This document shows positions 1-9,447 of a stretch of DNA of 64,000 nucleotides, piece by piece. Source of the stretch: Candidatus Thorarchaeota archaeon (GTDB lineage: Archaea; Asgardarchaeota; Thorarchaeia; Thorarchaeales; Thorarchaeaceae); NCBI GenBank assembly GCA_050124975.1, contig JASFEF010000002.1, positions 22,690-86,689 on the forward strand, in the 5' to 3' direction. The notes beneath the pieces were generated by a model. It had not been told where the DNA came from, did no database searches, and saw only the letters and a list, made by a program, of their open reading frames with translations. A program made the position numbers and the translations under genes. How positions within the stretch are numbered: position 1 is the first letter of the stretch; each line of letters opens with the position of its first letter.

Positions 1-122
1 GGAAAGTTGGGTTCAATGTAGAATCCATATCGCTACTATATAATCACCACACAGAATCGAAAATAGCCCACACTCACTATGCAAGTCTTGTCCGAAATAA
101 TGCCAAAGGATTGGAAATACTA

Positions 123-1418
123 TCACATGTGTATTAGCGCAGTGTCAGGAACCTCTTGGAAGACCTCACGTGCAGCCTTCCCCACCTTTGTACGGTTCTT
201 GTCGAATGTATATACCCTGATTACGTCAAGGTATGTTTTCATCATTTCTGCAATATTGGAATACTCAGAGAGGTTATGTGGCACTCTTTTTCCATCAACA
301 ATCTCGAAAATTCCTATTTCCATAGGATCAAGTTGGTGTGGATTGTAGGGAACTGATGGCAGAGTGGGAACATCAACTATCACTTCATCGTGATTGACTC
401 CAGCGATAGAAGCTATTTCTTCTTGGATGCTCTCACGGACCTTACTTTTTGTGAGGATCTTGGAAACAAACCTTTCTTGTGTATGAATAACCTTTTCGAA
501 AACAGATTTGTAAAGAATACGGGAGTCAAGGAGATTGACCATCTTTTTGGCTTCTTTTGCATCCTCTGATTCTGAAGGGTCTATATTCCGAACTCTGGAT
601 ATGAGAGACATATCATCCAATTCTAGAAACTCTTCAGGTGAGGAGAAACTAGTAAGCTCTAGTACTTTGTCTGCAGCTTCAATTAATTTGACTAACATCA
701 CTTCAACGCTTCGTACTGTTTTATGATAATAGACATTGAGAAACATCTCATATCTTGCAACAAGGAATGATTCTAAGGCACCTCTTGCAGCAATATCAAA
801 TTGCATCTGGTAGTCCTTTGAGATTTCAATGCTATCTATCAAACGATGAATATCAACTAGTCCGTAGTTTACTCCACAATAGAACGAGTCTCGAATTAGG
901 TAGTCCATCTTGTCTGAGTCAATTTGTCCAGCTACAATTCCAGCGATGATTTTGTCTTTTTTGGTCTTCTGGCGACCCCGAACTAGATTACCAATTCGTT
1001 TCTTCGAGATTCCATCGGCCTCTAACAAATCACCAAGCTCACTCTTGAGAATTATCCACTCTGTTACATCCTCATGATTCATCCCGCGTTTTTCTATGAG
1101 CACTTCCTCAAAGACATGACTGAAAGGACCATGACCAATATCGTGAAGAAGTCCAGCTATTCTTACTTCTTGGAGCTTCTGGTCTCCAAGACCCATTCGA
1201 CTCAGGAGCCGTCTACCACTGAGTCCTGCAAGGTACATAACACCAATACAATGACCAAAACGTGTGTGTTCTGCTGTTGGATAGACATAGTGGCCACCAG
1301 ATAGCTGTTTGATTCTGCGTAATCTCTGATAGGGCAATGAATTGATTATTTTGGCCTCAGTTTCAGTGATACCTATGAAACCATGAATAGGGTCGTTAAT
1401 CTCCATTGCAAATTTCAT
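123..1418 (-). CDS. HD-domain phosphohydrolase, dNTP triphosphohydrolase-like (SAMHD1/dGTPase family)
   Basis: 431-aa ORF. The N-terminal DPIHG...QRLRRIKQL...PTAEHTRFGHCIGV run and the HD motif (LHDIGHGPFSH) are typical of COG1078 HD phosphohydrolases. Confidence 0.65.
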   Translation of the reverse strand: MKFAMEINDPIHGFIGITETEAKIINSLPYQRLRRIKQLSGGHYVYPTAEHTRFGHCIGVMYLAGLSGRRLLSRMGLGDQKLQEVRIAGLLHDIGHGPFSHVFEEVLIEKRGMNHEDVTEWIILKSELGDLLEADGISKKRIGNLVRGRQKTKKDKIIAGIVAGQIDSDKMDYLIRDSFYCGVNYGLVDIHRLIDSIEISKDYQMQFDIAARGALESFLVARYEMFLNVYYHKTVRSVEVMLVKLIEAADKVLELTSFSSPEEFLELDDMSLISRVRNIDPSESEDAKEAKKMVNLLDSRILYKSVFEKVIHTQERFVSKILTKSKVRESIQEEIASIAGVNHDEVIVDVPTLPSVPYNPHQLDPMEIGIFEIVDGKRVPHNLSEYSNIAEMMKTYLDVIRVYTFDKNRTKVGKAAREVFQEVPDTALIHM

Positions 1419-1441
1419 TTTTCCACCGACTTGAGCAAGTA

Positions 1442-2185
1442 TTACATTTGAGGGTTAAACGATCGAATCTCGCGTACTAGTTCTTCAGCAGTATCTATTT
1501 CTGATATACATAAAGGTAGGTGTATACTATCAGCTATTTTTACAGCAAGTGGATCTAGTTCCTTTACACCTTGAAGTATCACTACTGCTGGTTTCACTGC
1601 GACTGACGTACCAATTTGACTAGCTTTTATCGCCACCATTGGTGAGCGACCAGTGCTAACATTAGTGAGAATTGCTCCACGCTGAGTTGTTCCTCCATAG
1701 AGACGAAGAAGCTGTTGTGGGGTGAGGCTTACGATAGCTTTGATGCTGTCAAGCGCCGTGTAACCATAGATGTCTCTATCGAGTAAGTTACGATGAGTAA
1801 GAACTTTGCAGTCGAGATGGTCCACAAGTAACCGTGAAGGTATTGGGAAACCAAACTCACGGCTGTCGAGAATTGCATCAGAAGCGATCTCAGGGGTGAT
1901 TAGTTTCTCCAAAGCCATGGCTACCCTTCCACCATCGGTTGCATCCATCTCAATCAGTCCCTCGACAAAACGTTTGATGGTTTCAACTCGAGGTGATTTC
2001 CGTCTACCACTCTCATAGTCACTTATGACTGAAGGTGAAACATTGAGATGTTTGGCGAGATTCTTCTGGGAGATGTGAAATCTTTCGCGCCACCGTCGCA
2101 TTACAGCTCCAGGATCATTCTCTGCGAGGCAAATCTCACCAGCCATTGCTTCTGCGAGCCTCCGGAACGCCTCACTGTTGTCCAT
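1442..2185 (-). CDS. HTH (XRE-type) transcriptional regulator with C-terminal DRTGG-like domain
   Basis: 247-aa ORF. The N-terminal helix-turn-helix (ISQKNLAKHLNVSPSVISDYESG) and the C-terminal GGTTQRG-containing region resemble archaeal COG1709-type regulators. Confidence 0.45.
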   Translation of the reverse strand: MDNSEAFRRLAEAMAGEICLAENDPGAVMRRWRERFHISQKNLAKHLNVSPSVISDYESGRRKSPRVETIKRFVEGLIEMDATDGGRVAMALEKLITPEIASDAILDSREFGFPIPSRLLVDHLDCKVLTHRNLLDRDIYGYTALDSIKAIVSLTPQQLLRLYGGTTQRGAILTNVSTGRSPMVAIKASQIGTSVAVKPAVVILQGVKELDPLAVKIADSIHLPLCISEIDTAEELVREIRSFNPQM

Positions 2186-2313
2186 AATCTGTCTGCCTTT
2201 TAGAATCGCTATAAGAGTTGCGTAAACGCTGATTTGAGGATAGTTGATGACTGATAGGTTTGTACCGAAGAACTCAAAGAGGTTGTTTTTTACAACTCGA
2301 TTTGGTTCTGCAG

Positions 2314-3078
2314 ATGTTTTTCACATTCATAGTTGGTACGGCAGGTTCAGGAAAATCTCTACTCACTGCATCTCTGGAGAAGTGGTTGGTTGGTTCGGAC
2401 TTGAGCGTGACTGTTGTCAATCTCGATCCTGGTGTCGACTCTCCTCCATATACAAGCGACGTCGATATCAGGGAATACGTAGACTATGGGGACGTTATGA
2501 GCTCGTTTGGTTTGGGTCCAAACGGAGCTCTTGTGGCATCATTGGACATGGCTGTTGGTAGTGTCAATGATATGAGAGATGAGATTATTGATACTGACCG
2601 AGATTATGTTCTTGTAGACTGTCCAGGACAGATGGAGCTGTTTGCATATCGTAACTCTGGCCCCTTGATGGTGTCTAGTCTCGGTGGAGATGACCCAGCA
2701 CTCTCTTTGTACTTGCTTGATTCTAATATTGCTCGTACACCTGCTGGATACCTCTCATCAACCCTATTGGGAATCTCAATTAGCATACGATTCAGTCTTC
2801 CACAGTTGAATGTCCTAAGTAAGCCAGATATCCTAACTGATGAAGAGGTGGAAGAGATTGTAGAATGGGGTTCAGAACCATATCTGCTTGAAGAGGCTCT
2901 CGAATCCTCTGCTGAGGGATTACGGAGGGAGTACTCGAGGTCCATTATGGAGATGCTTGAATCCCTAGACACTGCAACAGGCAGTGTGCCTGTTTCAGCA
3001 AAAGACATGACCGGGATTGATTTGTTGTATGGGGAAATGCAACGCATCTTTGCAGGTGGCGATAATCTATACGAGTGA
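2314..3078 (+). CDS. GPN-loop GTPase
   Basis: Walker A is GTAGSGKS, the GPN motif is LGPNGAL, and DCPGQ and NLDP are present. The likely start is the internal Met (MFFTFIV...); the longest ORF starts at 2260. Confidence 0.75.
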   Translation: MFFTFIVGTAGSGKSLLTASLEKWLVGSDLSVTVVNLDPGVDSPPYTSDVDIREYVDYGDVMSSFGLGPNGALVASLDMAVGSVNDMRDEIIDTDRDYVLVDCPGQMELFAYRNSGPLMVSSLGGDDPALSLYLLDSNIARTPAGYLSSTLLGISISIRFSLPQLNVLSKPDILTDEEVEEIVEWGSEPYLLEEALESSAEGLRREYSRSIMEMLESLDTATGSVPVSAKDMTGIDLLYGEMQRIFAGGDNLYE

Positions 3079-4111
3079 TGGCTGTTTGACGAGATACTTT
3101 GTCCATATTTCTGGCGAGAACATCAATGTAGCAAAAGCAGAAGTTGATGTGCTAGCTCGCTTGGCTGGGGTTGATAAAACAGTCTGTTGGGATGAACGTA
3201 TAGGCGTGATTGATGCTCATAATAATCCAACACTGTTCTTCCTTGAGCGAGCCGCCTTGGTCAAAGAGGCCGGAGTTGTACTGGCTGAAATAGATGCACA
3301 GGAGGACCTGTTTGGAAGTCTATCTGATGACCTGTTAGTGGATATTATTGGAACAGATGGAACGTTTTCTGTGAGAACTATATCGGAGAAGAGCAGTTTC
3401 TCTGTCAATGAACGGCTTGATTTTGAAACTAGTCTTGGTGCACGCATCAAACATGTTGTAGGTGCGAATGTGGATCTCGACAATCCTCAGACACGCATCC
3501 TTGTTGTATTCACACAAGATAGCATTCGAGTATGCGAAACTGTTTCGTCAAAACTAAGACCAATGTTGAGAGCTCGAGAACCCGGAAAAAAGGTATTCTT
3601 CCACCCTAGCATGATGAACGCCACACTGGCCAGAGTAATGTGCAATCTTGCAGGAGTTACACCGGATGAGGTTGTACTTGACCCATTTTGTGGAGGGGGT
3701 GGTATTCTGTGTGAAGCGGCTCATATTGGGGCCAGAACTATTGGAATCGATTTGAATTGGCGGTTGTTGATAGGAAGTAAAGAGAATCTCTCTTCGATTG
3801 GTGGTAGTTACGATGTCATTCAAGGAGATGTTCGAAATCTGCCAATTCATGGATGCGATTGCATCGTAACGGATCCACCCTATGGAAGAGCAAGTTCAAC
3901 AAGAGGGGCTTTGGGTATTGATTTGGTAGAAGCTCTTTTTGGAAGAGTGGATTCAATCCTCCACCGTCGTAAAGGGAGTATATGCATATGTGGGAGCAGT
4001 GAGATGAACCTTCAAGAGCTGGCTAAGAATATGGGACTGGTAGTGAATCAGGTTCTTCAGACTAGAGTTCATAGTGGGCTCGTTAGAGAATTACTTACAC
4101 TTGGATTCTAG
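3017..4111 (+). CDS. THUMP-domain tRNA (guanine-N2)-methyltransferase, Trm11/Trm-G10-like
   Basis: The SAM-binding motif LDPFCGGGG and the catalytic DPPYG motif are present. The start is uncertain: the longest ORF overlaps the upstream gene, so the true start is probably internal. Confidence 0.6.
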   Translation: MICCMGKCNASLQVAIIYTSDGCLTRYFVHISGENINVAKAEVDVLARLAGVDKTVCWDERIGVIDAHNNPTLFFLERAALVKEAGVVLAEIDAQEDLFGSLSDDLLVDIIGTDGTFSVRTISEKSSFSVNERLDFETSLGARIKHVVGANVDLDNPQTRILVVFTQDSIRVCETVSSKLRPMLRAREPGKKVFFHPSMMNATLARVMCNLAGVTPDEVVLDPFCGGGGILCEAAHIGARTIGIDLNWRLLIGSKENLSSIGGSYDVIQGDVRNLPIHGCDCIVTDPPYGRASSTRGALGIDLVEALFGRVDSILHRRKGSICICGSSEMNLQELAKNMGLVVNQVLQTRVHSGLVRELLTLGF

Positions 4112-4533
4112 TGGTCGACAATTCTCCCATCCTTTGTAGGAGGAGTAAACCAGTTAACAAACTCCTCAAATTCTGAATCAGAGTCAAAAGTGAGTATAAT
4201 CTCGATAGCGCCTAAAGATGGGAGTTCCTGATTATCATCAATGATTCGCATTTTCTTGGCGAAAGCAGCTTGTTTATCGAAATAGATCTTAGTTGTAGTA
4301 CCATTCCAATTAGACACCAGTCGCTTTCGAGCTGCATCGATAATTCTAGTTTCGTGGATAGTCTGACGTACGAGATTCATCGTATCTCGGTTTGTGTAGG
4401 ATTGGGAGATTTCTAATACATCAACATTGTCAGTAGCTGCAAAAGTAGACATGCCTAGAAGATTTTCAAGAGCCTTTTCGATCTTTCCAAGATCTTCTGT
4501 GGGATTCACTGGACATGTGATGAAAACTTCCAT
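4108..4533 (-). CDS. conserved archaeal protein, possibly UPF0201/COG1931-like (predicted RNA-binding)
   Basis: 141-aa ORF translationally coupled to the upstream kinase gene (ATGA start/stop overlap). The family assignment is from memory only. Confidence 0.3.
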   Translation of the reverse strand: MEVFITCPVNPTEDLGKIEKALENLLGMSTFAATDNVDVLEISQSYTNRDTMNLVRQTIHETRIIDAARKRLVSNWNGTTTKIYFDKQAAFAKKMRIIDDNQELPSLGAIEIILTFDSDSEFEEFVNWFTPPTKDGRIVDH

Positions 4534-4534
4534 C

Positions 4535-5149
4535 TCAAGTCAGCCTCATCACTAGTTTCTTAGATTGTTCTTCGAATTCAGCAAGTGTGCCTTGATTTAC
4601 TAGCATGATATCACTGAGTGCAATTACTCCCCCCAGACCTACTGAGATTTCTCTGACATCACGCTCTCTAAACACCTCCCAACTAGGAGGTGCATCTTCA
4701 CGATTTCGTTCGAGAAGTCGGGTGTATCGTTCTTTTGGAGAAGCATGAACACACACAATGACAACCGAATCAGCATAATCATCAAAAACATCGATTTCAG
4801 CGATGCTTCTACATCCCTCTATGACAACGATAGCAGAATCAGATGCTTTCAGTTCATCCATACAAAACGCTGCAACTGCTCCGGGACCATTCTTCTCTCG
4901 AAGTTCCAACATGACTTTTTTGGTATTCTCTGGGTTTGGTTCTAGACCACGTTTCTGAGTTTCTTCGCGTATCACATCACCCATCACAATAACTGGAATA
5001 CCAGCATCATGAAAAGCTTGAGCTACTCCGCTCTTCCCTGCACCGGGCATACCAGTCACAATCACCAGTTTCATTTTTCCCACCAGAAACCTCTCGCCTT
5101 CGTCTTGTGATTGTCCTTTAAGAATTGCCTTTGAATCAACTAGCGTCAC
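4535..5149 (-). CDS. P-loop nucleotide/nucleoside kinase, UPF0200/CoaE-like
   Basis: The P-loop is MKLVIVTGMPGAGKSGV and the size is about 180 aa. The probable start is the internal Met; the longest ORF is 204 aa. Confidence 0.5.
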   Translation of the reverse strand: MTLVDSKAILKGQSQDEGERFLVGKMKLVIVTGMPGAGKSGVAQAFHDAGIPVIVMGDVIREETQKRGLEPNPENTKKVMLELREKNGPGAVAAFCMDELKASDSAIVVIEGCRSIAEIDVFDDYADSVVIVCVHASPKERYTRLLERNREDAPPSWEVFRERDVREISVGLGGVIALSDIMLVNQGTLAEFEEQSKKLVMRLT

Positions 5150-5198
5150 TGTAATATTGTGGATTTGACATATTTATTCACCAATAGAGGTGTGAAAT

Positions 5199-5768
5199 GT
5201 GAGTGATGATGTCAGAGCGTTTCTGAGTATTGAAATTGAAAATCAGACGCTGCTATCCCGGGTTAGAACTATACAACAGAGATTGGATCAGACTGCTGCA
5301 AAGATGAAAATTATCAAGAGTGAGAATATCCATTTCACTCTACGATTCTTTGGTGATACTCCACTATCAAGATTAGACCAAATCAAGACTCGTCTTGATG
5401 AAATTAAATTCAATCCATTTGAGATTGAAGTGGCAGGAGTTGGGTCCTTCCCCAACAAACGAAGACCCAGAATCATTTGGATTGGCGTCACTCAAAATGC
5501 ACCCAAAGTCCTGAAGCTTAAGGATGAGATTGATTCCTCATTGATTGATATTGGCTATCAGCCTGAGAAGAGAAAATACACCCCTCATGCTACAATTGCT
5601 AGAGTACGTCATGTAAAGGATTCAAGACGAATTGCTGACAATCTAGAAAATCTTGCTAATGAAGTGATAGGAAAGATGAATATCACGAAAGTCATAATGA
5701 TGAAAAGCACCTTAACTCCCTCAGGTCCGATTTACGAATCCCTATGGGAGATCGGAAAGGGCTCTTGA
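5199..5768 (+). CDS. ligT: RNA 2',3'-cyclic phosphodiesterase / 2'-5' RNA ligase (LigT, 2H family)
   Basis: Two H-x-T/S-x motifs are present (HFTLRF and HATIAR) in a protein of about 185 aa. Confidence 0.7.
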   Translation: MSDDVRAFLSIEIENQTLLSRVRTIQQRLDQTAAKMKIIKSENIHFTLRFFGDTPLSRLDQIKTRLDEIKFNPFEIEVAGVGSFPNKRRPRIIWIGVTQNAPKVLKLKDEIDSSLIDIGYQPEKRKYTPHATIARVRHVKDSRRIADNLENLANEVIGKMNITKVIMMKSTLTPSGPIYESLWEIGKGS

Positions 5769-6118
5769 AAAATGATGGTGGGCCGGGGGAGACGTATTCC
5801 GATTGGGGAAGTCCCAAGTCGTTTGAACTCCCGATCTCTTGCATTCTGTGACTTGAGGTGTAGTTCCTCAGTCGCCCCAAGCAAGAATCATACCAAGCTA
5901 GACTACCGACCCATGCTGCATGAGATATTTGATGTACTCATGACTACAGTTGCCGTATTTCGGACTTAAGATAAACATTCCCTATCCCTGGGGTTCTCAT
6001 AGATGTTTGGAACACGTGTTCAAAAAAAATCGAGGATTTTACAGAAAGATTCAGACTTATCAGTATGTTCACAATTCCAATCAATATTGCAATCAGAACA
6101 AGAGATGGCTTTGTAATG

Positions 6119-7165
6119 GTCACCGATTTAGTTTACCACGATATCTTTGTTGAACATGTAATGTCACCAGGACACCCGGAGAATCCAGAACGACTGAGAA
6201 GTGCGATGAGTTCGATAAATGCTTCAGGTCTATTAGATGATCAAAAAGTGAACCTTTTCATCCCAAAGCAAGCTCCCCTAGATAAGGTGCATCTGGTTCA
6301 TGGGGAAGCATACCTTGAAGGGGTCAAAGCAAAATCGGAGAAAGGGGGCGGTTTTTTCACTAGAGATACCTATGTTAATTCACATACATATGATGCTGCG
6401 TTATTTGCCGCGGGTGGAGGAATAGGGGCTGTGGACCGAATTATGCAAGGGGATTCTGAGAATGCCTTTATTTTGTGCAGACCTCCAGGGCATCATGCTG
6501 AGTATGAGAGAGCATTTGGTTTTTGTTTCATCAACAATGTGGCTGTAGCAGCCAAGCATCTTTTACAGAAACAAGATGTTAAACGTGTAATGATAGTGGA
6601 TTATGATGCTCATCATGGAAACGGTACACAGCGTAGTTTCTATTCTTCAAAAGATGTGCTCTACGTGGGACTCCATCAGGATGGAAGAACACTGTTTCCA
6701 GGGTCGGGATTTGCAAATGAAGTTGGAACAGGTGATGGTGAGGGGTACACTGTAAATCTTGCAATGTACCCGGGGGCAGGAGATTCTTCATATGATCGTG
6801 CTTTTTCTCAAGTGATTGAACCCATTGTTGAGTCCTATGATCCCGATTTCATCCTTGTTTCAGTTGGTTATGATGGGCATTTCGTGGATCCTTTGACTCA
6901 GCTTGGACTCACCTCTTCTGGGTTTGCAATGATGAATTCTAGATTGAAACAGTTAGCTATCTCTCATGCAGAAGGAAGGATAGCATGCTTTCTAGAAGGT
7001 GGTTACAATCTTGAAGTCATGGGAATGTGTTCATTGAACCTTCTTCAAGAGCTGGCAGGTACAAGTGTCACGGTATTCGACGATGAATACGAAGAAAGCG
7101 ATATTGCAGGTGAATACACGGATAAGTTGATTGAGAAGATTGTGGCTGATTCACCTCTGTTGTAG
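6119..7165 (+). CDS. histone deacetylase / acetoin-utilisation AcuC family deacetylase
   Basis: The HHGNGTQ motif and the arginase/deacetylase-fold signatures (PPGHHA, DYDAHHGNG) are present. The internal Met is the likely start; the longest ORF starts at 6065. Confidence 0.8.
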   Translation, partial: VTDLVYHDIFVEHVMSPGHPENPERLRSAMSSINASGLLDDQKVNLFIPKQAPLDKVHLVHGEAYLEGVKAKSEKGGGFFTRDTYVNSHTYDAALFAAGGGIGAVDRIMQGDSENAFILCRPPGHHAEYERAFGFCFINNVAVAAKHLLQKQDVKRVMIVDYDAHHGNGTQRSFYSSKDVLYVGLHQDGRTLFPGSGFANEVGTGDGEGYTVNLAMYPGAGDSSYDRAFSQVIEPIVESYDPDFILVSVGYDGHFVDPLTQLGLTSSGFAMMNSRLKQLAISHAEGRIACFLEGGYNLEVMGMCSLNLLQELAGTSVTVFDDEYEESDIAGEYTDKLIEKIVADSPLL

Positions 7166-7168
7166 GGG

Positions 7169-9418
7169 CTATACACCAAAATCTTCCAATAGTGTCTGCA
7201 TCGAGTCAATATCATCATCATCGATTAGAGTATCAGCTTCAGTTGCTGTCAGTTTTATGTCAAAGCCTAGTTGTTTCTTAATTGATTCTGCGATTGCTGT
7301 ACCAATTGTTGGTATTCTTGCTAATTCTTCTAGGGGGACCTTGTGTAAATCTGGTAGATTGACCAAATTATGATTATGAAGCATTCTGCCTCTTACTCGT
7401 CCAACTCCTCTGAGACTTACAAGCTCCAGAATGTCTGAACGTACTCCATAACGAAGACGTGACCTCAAATTATGAAGGAATGGAATGTGACCAGTTGCGT
7501 TGGATATTCTGGAGATCTCTGATGCTGCATATGTCAGCCATTCTGCTGCCTGGACAAATCTGTGGACATCTCCCATTCCAACATTGTATCTCTCTGTGAT
7601 GTCCTTCTCAGTTTTCTCAGCAATCCAGTCTTGAAGTAAGGATGCTGTCTTCATTTGAGCTAAGAATTCTGCATAAGCACGCGGGCTCTCTTCAATAGGC
7701 GGTTCAATCATAAGTTCGTCAAGATAGTCATCCAAAGCAACTTCATATTCTTCAGCTTCCGATCTTGTCACGTATGTGAGTGGTTGGTCTGGGGTATAAC
7801 ATAATAGATGTAGAATCCCCATCATACTGTGACTGTCAGTTCCTGATAAAACATCACGAAACAGGATTGCTGTTTGTGGATCGATGTATAACTGTGAGGT
7901 CCTCCGTCCTAGTAGTGTGGCAGTGTACGAACCATCTGGAGTCGTTTCTATCAGACTACCTTCTTCGAGAAAGCCTAAAGCTGATGAAATATGTTGATTA
8001 ATCTCCCACTGGTCAAATTGGTGAGAGAAAAATGTCGCTGCAATGAGTGAGTCTATCTCTTTGCGGTTTCTTGTCATTTCGACAGCAATAGATGCCAAGA
8101 GATGAGCCCGTACTGCACGCGGAGATGCTAGCTTGGAGGTTATCTCTTCTGGTTCTGAGAGAGTATAGTTGTCAATAAGAAAATCATGTTCTGGCTCTGT
8201 CCTAGCTATTAGAACTGCTTCTCCATAATCATCATATTTCGGTCTACCCGCTCTTCCAGCCATTTGTTTATACTCCAGAACAGGAATAGGGTAGCTTCCG
8301 CGGTCTGGTTCAAAACGTCTGTAATCGCGAATAATCACACGTCTTGAGGGGAGATTAACTCCGGCTGCGAGAGTTGGAGTAGCAACAATCACTTTCAGGA
8401 GATTTTCCTTGAAATAATCTTCAACAAGAGCACGTTCTTGATTATCAAGTCCTGCATGATGAAATGCAGCGCCGTTTGCAATCAATCGTGCTAATGTCTT
8501 GGAAGCTTCAGGTGCTGAGGGAGCTCTTCCAATCTTGGTTGTTCCTTTAGAGAGTCGGCGCATTGCGTCGTCGGATATGTATCGACGGAGAAAAGGCGCA
8601 AGTTTCTTGGCAACTGCAATAGTTGAACGACGACTAGAAACAAAGACAAGAACCTGACCATCTTCATCAAGGGTATCACAGACAACGTCTGCTAGTTCAT
8701 CTTTCCGCGTACGATTGATTCTCCTTGCTGAGTTTTTTCCATCTCTATAGAAGTTGATTTGTCCATCTAAATAGACACCTTCGCTTAAGGGTACAGGTCT
8801 CCAAGTATCTCTCACAAGCTCAGCACCAAGCCACTCAGCAATCTGATTGGCATTCGAGATTGTTGCACTTAGTGCGACTGTTTGAAGATCTTCCACTATT
8901 TGTGTAAGTTTTGCCAATACCATCTCAAGAGTAGGTCCTCTTTTTGAATCATTAATGAGATGGACCTCATCAGCAATTACAATTCCAACATCGTTAATCC
9001 ATTCAGCTTTGTGTCGAACAAGAGAGTCAGCCCGTTCAGTCGTCACGATAACAATATCTGCATCATGCAGACTTCTTCCCGGAGAATCATAGTCACCCAC
9101 TGACATTGCTGTTGTTATTCCCAACGATTCATACTTCTTGAACTCGGAATATTTCTCTCTGGCAAGAGATTTCAGTGGTACAAGATAGAGCGCTTTTCCA
9201 CGTCCATCAAGTATTGTTTTGAGCATGCAGATTTCTGCAACCAGTGTTTTTCCTGAGCTAGTAGGTATTGCTAAAACAAGGTTCTTACCATCAAGAACAC
9301 CTGTTTTGAAAGCGCTAATTTGTGGTGGGAAGAGCTCTGAAATTCCTTGATCTTGAAGGTGTGTGATTATTCTCCTGTTGATATCCAGCTCTTCCAGTCT
9401 AATGTTTCTCCTCTCCAC
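7169..9418 (-). CDS. hel308: Ski2-like DNA helicase Hel308/Hjm
   Basis: 749-aa ORF with Walker A PTSSGKT and a DEVH box (ADEVHLIND), plus the helicase C domain and the Hel308 ratchet/HhH-like C-terminus. Confidence 0.8.
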   Translation of the reverse strand: MERRNIRLEELDINRRIITHLQDQGISELFPPQISAFKTGVLDGKNLVLAIPTSSGKTLVAEICMLKTILDGRGKALYLVPLKSLAREKYSEFKKYESLGITTAMSVGDYDSPGRSLHDADIVIVTTERADSLVRHKAEWINDVGIVIADEVHLINDSKRGPTLEMVLAKLTQIVEDLQTVALSATISNANQIAEWLGAELVRDTWRPVPLSEGVYLDGQINFYRDGKNSARRINRTRKDELADVVCDTLDEDGQVLVFVSSRRSTIAVAKKLAPFLRRYISDDAMRRLSKGTTKIGRAPSAPEASKTLARLIANGAAFHHAGLDNQERALVEDYFKENLLKVIVATPTLAAGVNLPSRRVIIRDYRRFEPDRGSYPIPVLEYKQMAGRAGRPKYDDYGEAVLIARTEPEHDFLIDNYTLSEPEEITSKLASPRAVRAHLLASIAVEMTRNRKEIDSLIAATFFSHQFDQWEINQHISSALGFLEEGSLIETTPDGSYTATLLGRRTSQLYIDPQTAILFRDVLSGTDSHSMMGILHLLCYTPDQPLTYVTRSEAEEYEVALDDYLDELMIEPPIEESPRAYAEFLAQMKTASLLQDWIAEKTEKDITERYNVGMGDVHRFVQAAEWLTYAASEISRISNATGHIPFLHNLRSRLRYGVRSDILELVSLRGVGRVRGRMLHNHNLVNLPDLHKVPLEELARIPTIGTAIAESIKKQLGFDIKLTATEADTLIDDDDIDSMQTLLEDFGV

Positions 9419-9447
9419 AGTGTGCTAGCAACGTAAACCAGCTTGGT

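Noticed and set aside
2604-3047. Antisense ORFs fully embedded in well-supported genes, for example 2604-3047, 13125-13784, 19004-region internal ORFs, 47621-48157, 58595-58834 and 63239-63949.
   Set aside because: They have low-complexity Ser/Pro/Arg-rich translations on the strand opposite strongly conserved genes or tRNAs. They are typical shadow ORFs.
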